Origin: Candidatus Oxydemutatoraceae bacterium
GTDB lineage: Bacteria > Pseudomonadota > Gammaproteobacteria > Poriferisulfidales > Oxydemutatoraceae
DNA length: 64,000 nt
Direction: 5' to 3'
NCBI GenBank assembly: GCA_965220085.1
Contig: CBDCOZ010000003.1
Location: 1,632,001 to 1,696,000 of the forward strand
Under the pieces are notes generated by a model, which made no database searches, had not been told where the DNA came from, and was given only the letters and a program-made list of their open reading frames with translations. A program made the translations under genes and the position numbers. This document shows positions 61,433 through 64,000 of this stretch, in pieces; the stretch's first letter is position 1, and every line of letters begins with the position of its first letter.

Positions 61433-62770
61433 ATGGCGACAAAGAAGCGAAAACCAGTACGCAAAAGACAACCCTCAACGAAGAAATTGACACGCGGGAA
61501 GAAGGCGGCGCGCAAAAAGGCAACCAAGCGCAAGACCGTTGCCGCTACAAAGAAGGCAACGCGCAAGAAGGTAACCAAGCGCAAGACCGTTGCCGCTACA
61601 AAGAAGGCAACGCGCAAAAAGGCAACCAAGCGCAAGACCGTTGCCGCTACAAAGAAGGCAACGCGCAAGAAGGTAACCAAGCGCAAGACCGTTGCCGCTA
61701 CAAAGAAGGCAACGCGCAAGAAGGCAACCAAGCGCAAGACCGCTGCCGCTACGAAGAAGGCAACGCGCAAAAAGGTCACCAAGCGCAAGACCTCTGCCGC
61801 TACAAAGAAGGTAGCACGCAAGAAGGTCACCAAGCGCAAGACCGCTGCCGCTACGAAGAAGGCAACGCGCAAAAAGGTCACCAAGCGCAAGACCTCTGCC
61901 GCTACAAAGAAGGTAGCACGCAAGAAGGTAACCAAGCGCAAGACCTCTGCCGTCAAAAAGAGGGCAACGCGCAAGAAGGTAACCAAGCGCAAGACCGTTG
62001 CCGTCAAAAAGAAGGCAACGCGCAAAAAGGTAACCAAGCGCAAGACCTCCGCCGCCAAAAAGAGGGTCACGCGCAAAAAAGTAACCAAGCGCAAGACCTC
62101 CGCTACTAAAAAGAGGGTCACGCGCAAAAAAGTAACCAAGCGCAAGACCTCTGCTACCAAAAAGAGGGTCACGCGCAAAAAAGTAACCAAGCGCAAGACC
62201 TCCGCTACCAAAAAGAGGGTCACGCGCAAAAAAGTAACCAAGCGCAAGACCTCTGCTACCAAAAAGAGGGTCACGCGCAAGAAGGCGCCGCAGAAGAAAA
62301 GAGCCGCATCCGGCCGGAAGGCAACGGCGGCACCCGCAAAGAAATCAAGCGCCAGAATGATTGCGTCGGCAAAGAAGGCGCGGAAAACGCATTCTCGCCA
62401 CTATATGACGCCAAAACAACTGGAGATGTTCAAAGAGAAGCTCATTGCATGGAAAAAAGAACTGATGCAAGAGGCGGACCGAACCGTCGTGCATATGCAG
62501 GAAGAGTCATCGACTTTTGCCGACTCAAATGACCGCGCAACGCAAGAAGAAGAATTCGGACGCGAACTAAAAAGCCGCGACCGGGAAAGAAAGTTGATTA
62601 AAAAGATAAATGAAGCGCTGATGCGGATAGACAACCATGAATTTGGCTACTGCGAAGAGTGCGCGGCGCCGATCGGTATCACGAGGCTGACCGCCCGTCC
62701 TATCACCACCATGTGCATAGACTGCAAGACCTTGGCCGAAGTGATGGAAAAGCAAGCCTCCCATGTTTAA
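61433..62770 (+). CDS. dksA: DksA with a ~300-aa N-terminal Lys/Arg/Thr/Ala histone-like repeat extension
   Basis: C-terminal ~125 aa: YMTPKQLEMF, DSNDRATQEEE (DxxDxA tip), 4-Cys finger CEEC...RLTARP...CIDCK. Continuous frame from MATKKRK. Confidence 0.9.
   Translation: MATKKRKPVRKRQPSTKKLTRGKKAARKKATKRKTVAATKKATRKKVTKRKTVAATKKATRKKATKRKTVAATKKATRKKVTKRKTVAATKKATRKKATKRKTAAATKKATRKKVTKRKTSAATKKVARKKVTKRKTAAATKKATRKKVTKRKTSAATKKVARKKVTKRKTSAVKKRATRKKVTKRKTVAVKKKATRKKVTKRKTSAAKKRVTRKKVTKRKTSATKKRVTRKKVTKRKTSATKKRVTRKKVTKRKTSATKKRVTRKKVTKRKTSATKKRVTRKKAPQKKRAASGRKATAAPAKKSSARMIASAKKARKTHSRHYMTPKQLEMFKEKLIAWKKELMQEADRTVVHMQEESSTFADSNDRATQEEEFGRELKSRDRERKLIKKINEALMRIDNHEFGYCEECAAPIGITRLTARPITTMCIDCKTLAEVMEKQASHV
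61499..62283 (+). repeat. ~15.4 x 51-bp coding tandem repeat (17 aa, KKATRKKVTKRKTxAAT)
   Basis: 15 occurrences of TKRKT at a 17-aa period, with gradual drift along the array. Confidence 0.95.
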
Positions 62771-62783
62771 TCGCAAACCGTGC

Positions 62784-62814
62784 GATAGCCTTTGACGTCG
62801 CGTCAAAGGCTATC
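62784..62814. terminator. Perfect 14-bp hairpin between convergent genes, probable terminator
   Basis: GATAGCCTTTGACG-TCG-CGTCAAAGGCTATC; there is no clear U-tract. Confidence 0.6.
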
Positions 62815-63889
62815 AACGGCCGCCTTTGATCGTGCTGGCGTCAAGGAACTTGTCGTAAAAAATTGCGTCTTCCTTCACCCCCGATGCGACAAGCATTTCA
62901 ATGGCCACATCTATCATCGGCGGCGGGCCGCACAGATAAGCCTGACATTCTGACGGAGTGATTTTATTCGTGTCAATATACATGGCTTTCAAACAGTCGG
63001 TCACATAACCTCGCGGCCCCGACCAATCGCTGCCGTCGGGCTCATCCGACAGAACCTTCACAAAGTCAAATGTATTGGACGGGTTCCACTTTTGCTTGAT
63101 AATCCGCATCTCCTCATCGCAATACAAATCGCGCTGCGCTCTGGCGCCAAACAGAAAATAGGCATCGCGCGGCGCCTTGGCATTGGCGGCGTGTTCCAGT
63201 ATCGCCTTGACCGCGCTGACTCCGTTGCCGCCGGCAAGGCAGATCATCGGCCCGCTGCCTTCGCGAAGCCAAAAGTTGCCGTAAGGCGCGCTGATCTCAA
63301 ATTTCTCGCCGGTGCGATCCGCGGCAAACAGCCAGTCGGTAAACTCCCCTCCGGGAACATGGCGTATAAAAAATGTTATTTCGTTAGCCTCCTCGTCCCG
63401 AGGATCTTTTGCAAAAGAATATGATCTGGGACTCTTGAATTGCGGAGAGCGCACTTCCGCATACTGACCGGCCAACATGCCCTCGGGCAGGGCCTGATCG
63501 CAAGCGAGGGTCAGTTGGAGAATATCGTGAGTCAATGAGCGAACTTTGGTTAACTCGCCCAGACAGGCGGCGGCTTGCACAAGCGGTGTCTCACTCAGGC
63601 TGACATCGACCTCAATATCACTGCGCAACTCGCTCTGGCAGGCAAGAATCATGCCCTCCTCGAGTTGATCGCTGTCTAAAACAAAAGAAAAATCGGACAG
63701 ATGCTTGACCCTGCCTTTGCGGAGATAGCACTGGCATGCTCCGCAATTGCCGGCACGGCAACCGTGAGGCCATGCCAGTCCCGCTTCCAAGCCCGCCTGC
63801 AAAAGGTTCTGGCCTGACTTAACGAGCAAGGCGGTATCAGAGTTAACCGTCGCGTTGTAATCTTTTTTGCGACTGAGAAACCAGTTCAA
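62813..63889 (-). CDS. 2Fe-2S ferredoxin / FAD / NAD(P)H reductase (XylA-like monooxygenase electron-transfer component)
   Basis: CRAGNCGACQC...LACQ plant-type 2Fe-2S motif, RSYSFA, PGGEFT, AGGNGVS, YLCGPPPM. GGAGG RBS before a TTG start. Confidence 0.88.
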   Translation of the reverse strand: MNWFLSRKKDYNATVNSDTALLVKSGQNLLQAGLEAGLAWPHGCRAGNCGACQCYLRKGRVKHLSDFSFVLDSDQLEEGMILACQSELRSDIEVDVSLSETPLVQAAACLGELTKVRSLTHDILQLTLACDQALPEGMLAGQYAEVRSPQFKSPRSYSFAKDPRDEEANEITFFIRHVPGGEFTDWLFAADRTGEKFEISAPYGNFWLREGSGPMICLAGGNGVSAVKAILEHAANAKAPRDAYFLFGARAQRDLYCDEEMRIIKQKWNPSNTFDFVKVLSDEPDGSDWSGPRGYVTDCLKAMYIDTNKITPSECQAYLCGPPPMIDVAIEMLVASGVKEDAIFYDKFLDASTIKGGR

Positions 63890-64000
63890 AAACCCCTCCG
63901 GTATTCAAAATCACGCCCCGAAAATCCGACACATTGGCGTTGCCAATCATACGCAGACTTTCCGGCCTTCCGGCGCATACTTGCAAAGCTGAAACCCACC

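Noticed and set aside
61357-62280. 307-aa hydrophobic repeat ORF antisense to dksA
   Set aside because: It is the mirror of the AAG-rich repeat; the sense frame is continuous with a genuine DksA domain.

Overview
Chromosomal segment of a GC-rich (estimated mid-to-high 50s %) gammaproteobacterium. Most of it is housekeeping: a complete dcw cluster (mraZ to ftsZ) followed by lpxC, dciA, an M23 peptidase, secA, argJ, a ThiE-like gene and hflX; argG, pyrC, rnt, lptCAB, ptrB, thpR, adk, PPi-type pfk, pal, icd, aceA; then rraA, an ABC substrate-binding protein, mltF, tadA, guaAB, xseA, dksA and a ferredoxin-NAD(P) reductase. The standout is a family of 8 secreted Ig/cadherin-like proteins plus one relic. 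One copy lies at 26.5-27.7 kb and the rest form a ~10 kb tandem array at 43.0-52.7 kb. All end in the invariant peptide RLRLRLFLEGPLR-stop, which is encoded with differing synonymous codons and all three stop codons. That points to an undescribed C-terminal sorting or docking signal. The array has three units driven by a triplicated ~290-bp promoter cassette. The first gene of each unit has a poly-C tract (24, 18, 15 nt) after codon 9 that currently puts it out of frame, consistent with phase variation. Leader, N-domain and C-domain modules are shuffled among paralogues. The solitary copy is followed by a 16-unit, 54-57 bp tandem array built from its own last codons, stop codon and a hairpin. 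DksA also carries a ~300-aa histone-H1-like extension of 17-aa Lys/Arg repeats. Family names come from motif recognition only; no searches were run.
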